Assembly (NCBI GenBank): GCA_026026165.1 | Contig: JAPEUD010000024.1 | Location: forward strand, 186,001 to 250,000 | From: Sarea resinae | Lineage: Eukaryota | DNA: 64,000 bases | Direction of reading: 5' to 3' | Shown here: one piece after another, positions 62,738 to 64,000 of the stretch | Layout of the letters: each line of letters starts with the position of its first letter | Numbering within the stretch: position 1 is the first letter of the stretch | Notes under the pieces: generated by a model | Database searches by the model: none | The model's input: only the letters and a program-made list of their open reading frames with translations | Told to the model about the DNA's origin: nothing | Made by a program: the position numbers and the translations under genes

Positions 62738-64000
62738 TTAACATTTCAGATTGATCCCCTCACGCAGCTCCTGCTGCCGGACCTCAAACATGACCTGCAC
62801 CCCCACGAACAGCGCGCCGCAAGCACCGACCAAAAATACCAAACCTAGAGAGAAACTGAGATCAGTATTTTCGAAGCTACTCCGACCTGTGGCAAGCAAT
62901 AAGACGCTGGGTACTCACCAGAATACGAGCCCGCAATACCGTCGATCAGCCCCTTCAAGCCATCCAAACCAACAGCAAAGCCCACCAGATTCGCCGCCAT
63001 CATCATGAGGATATTTCCCACCGCGCCAACACCACAGATCAGCCTGTAGGCCTCGGGATGGGTCCGCCATTTGCGTTTCGGGAACAGGTATGTGGCGAGG
63101 ATCTCGGGCAGGAAGAACAGAATGACCAGCCAGCCCCAGATCAGCAGCTTGAGGTTGATGTCGTGCCAGAGGGCGACGAAGGTAAAGACCGCGACGTAGT
63201 TGAGCACGGCTCGGACCTGGCCCCGTAAGCCCTTGTCGGCGCCGGGCCCGCCACTGCCGCCGAGCGGGATGTATATGTAGCGCACGATCCAGCGGTTGAA
63301 GCTGCGGTGCCAGCCGCGCCAGAAGGCCAGTGCCGAGTAGTTGTTCGACATGCACCGGACCATGTTCTCCGGCGGATCGACGCCATCCAGGAGAGCCCAG
63401 AAGCGGAAGAAGCGCCATGGGATGAGCAGCTTGAGCCAGATGATGTGCAGGTTGAAGTAGCCGAGCATGCTGAGCTGGAAGGGCGTGTAGACTTCCCAGG
63501 CGGGCTGGGCTTTGGAGATGGCCACGGCGTAGATGAAGTGCAGCATTATTTCCATGGTGAAAAGGGCGACGAGGAAACGGATGCCATAGAGGACAGTACG
63601 GCTGGTGGAGATGCTGGGAGGCGGATAGCGGAGTTGCGCGATGTAGTCGTTGAAGGTCAAGATGGGGCCTGTGAGGTAGAGCGGCGAATAGAGGACGTAT
63701 GCCAGGTAGTTGCGGAATGAATAGTCCGCTGGCTGTGCCGAGATACTGACGCGATCTCGCTCCGAGAGGTTGGAGGGATCGAGTTGTTTCTTCTTGTGCG
63801 CATGAGCTACGTCTAGGAAATGAAACGATCTAACCGGTTTACCACATACCTCAATGGGACTCCCTCCCCGATCATTCCGACTCCAATAGTAATCTAGGTT
63901 GAAGCTGATGAGTCTTAGTACCGTAATGTTGAATAGGATTTCCCATCGCGGCATGAGTCCGCCGAAGCTGTCCAGCCAAGCCCCCCAGCTTCCTTGCCCA
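62738..64000 (-). CDS. GUP1: MBOAT O-acyltransferase GUP1 (5' part outside window)
   Basis: RWEILFNITVLRLISFNLDYYW, DPPENMVRCMSNNYS..FWRGWHRSFNRW, FVALWHDI; terminal exon QVMFEVRQQELREGINLKC*. Confidence 0.95.

Overview
Eukaryotic, intron-containing DNA from a filamentous ascomycete (Pezizomycotina; Eurotiomycete-like). About 16 protein-coding genes, mostly housekeeping: GH71 alpha-1,3-glucanase, GH16 Crh transglycosylase, F-box-like orphan, RecQ/Sgs1 helicase, PLP decarboxylase, Kel3, proline iminopeptidase, a conserved hypothetical protein, FAD monooxygenase, proteasome beta-2, Nup159, LaeA-like methyltransferase, CENP-K, KH-domain RNA-binding protein, BTB protein, Zn2Cys6 transcription factor, a dimeric alpha/beta-barrel protein and partial GUP1. 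There is one dispersed 5S rRNA gene (14543-14661, minus). Between the Crh gene and the 5S gene lies an accessory/decaying island (~7.5-14.5 kb). It holds an aminotransferase pseudogene with a gradient of stop codons and three same-orientation copies of a very short (~112 bp) TG...CA element. Two copies have their own perfect 5-bp target-site duplications, all have nested internal inverted repeats, and the flanks are weakly similar to each other. This array is the most unusual structure in the window. Spliced gene boundaries were read by eye and are approximate; no searches were run.
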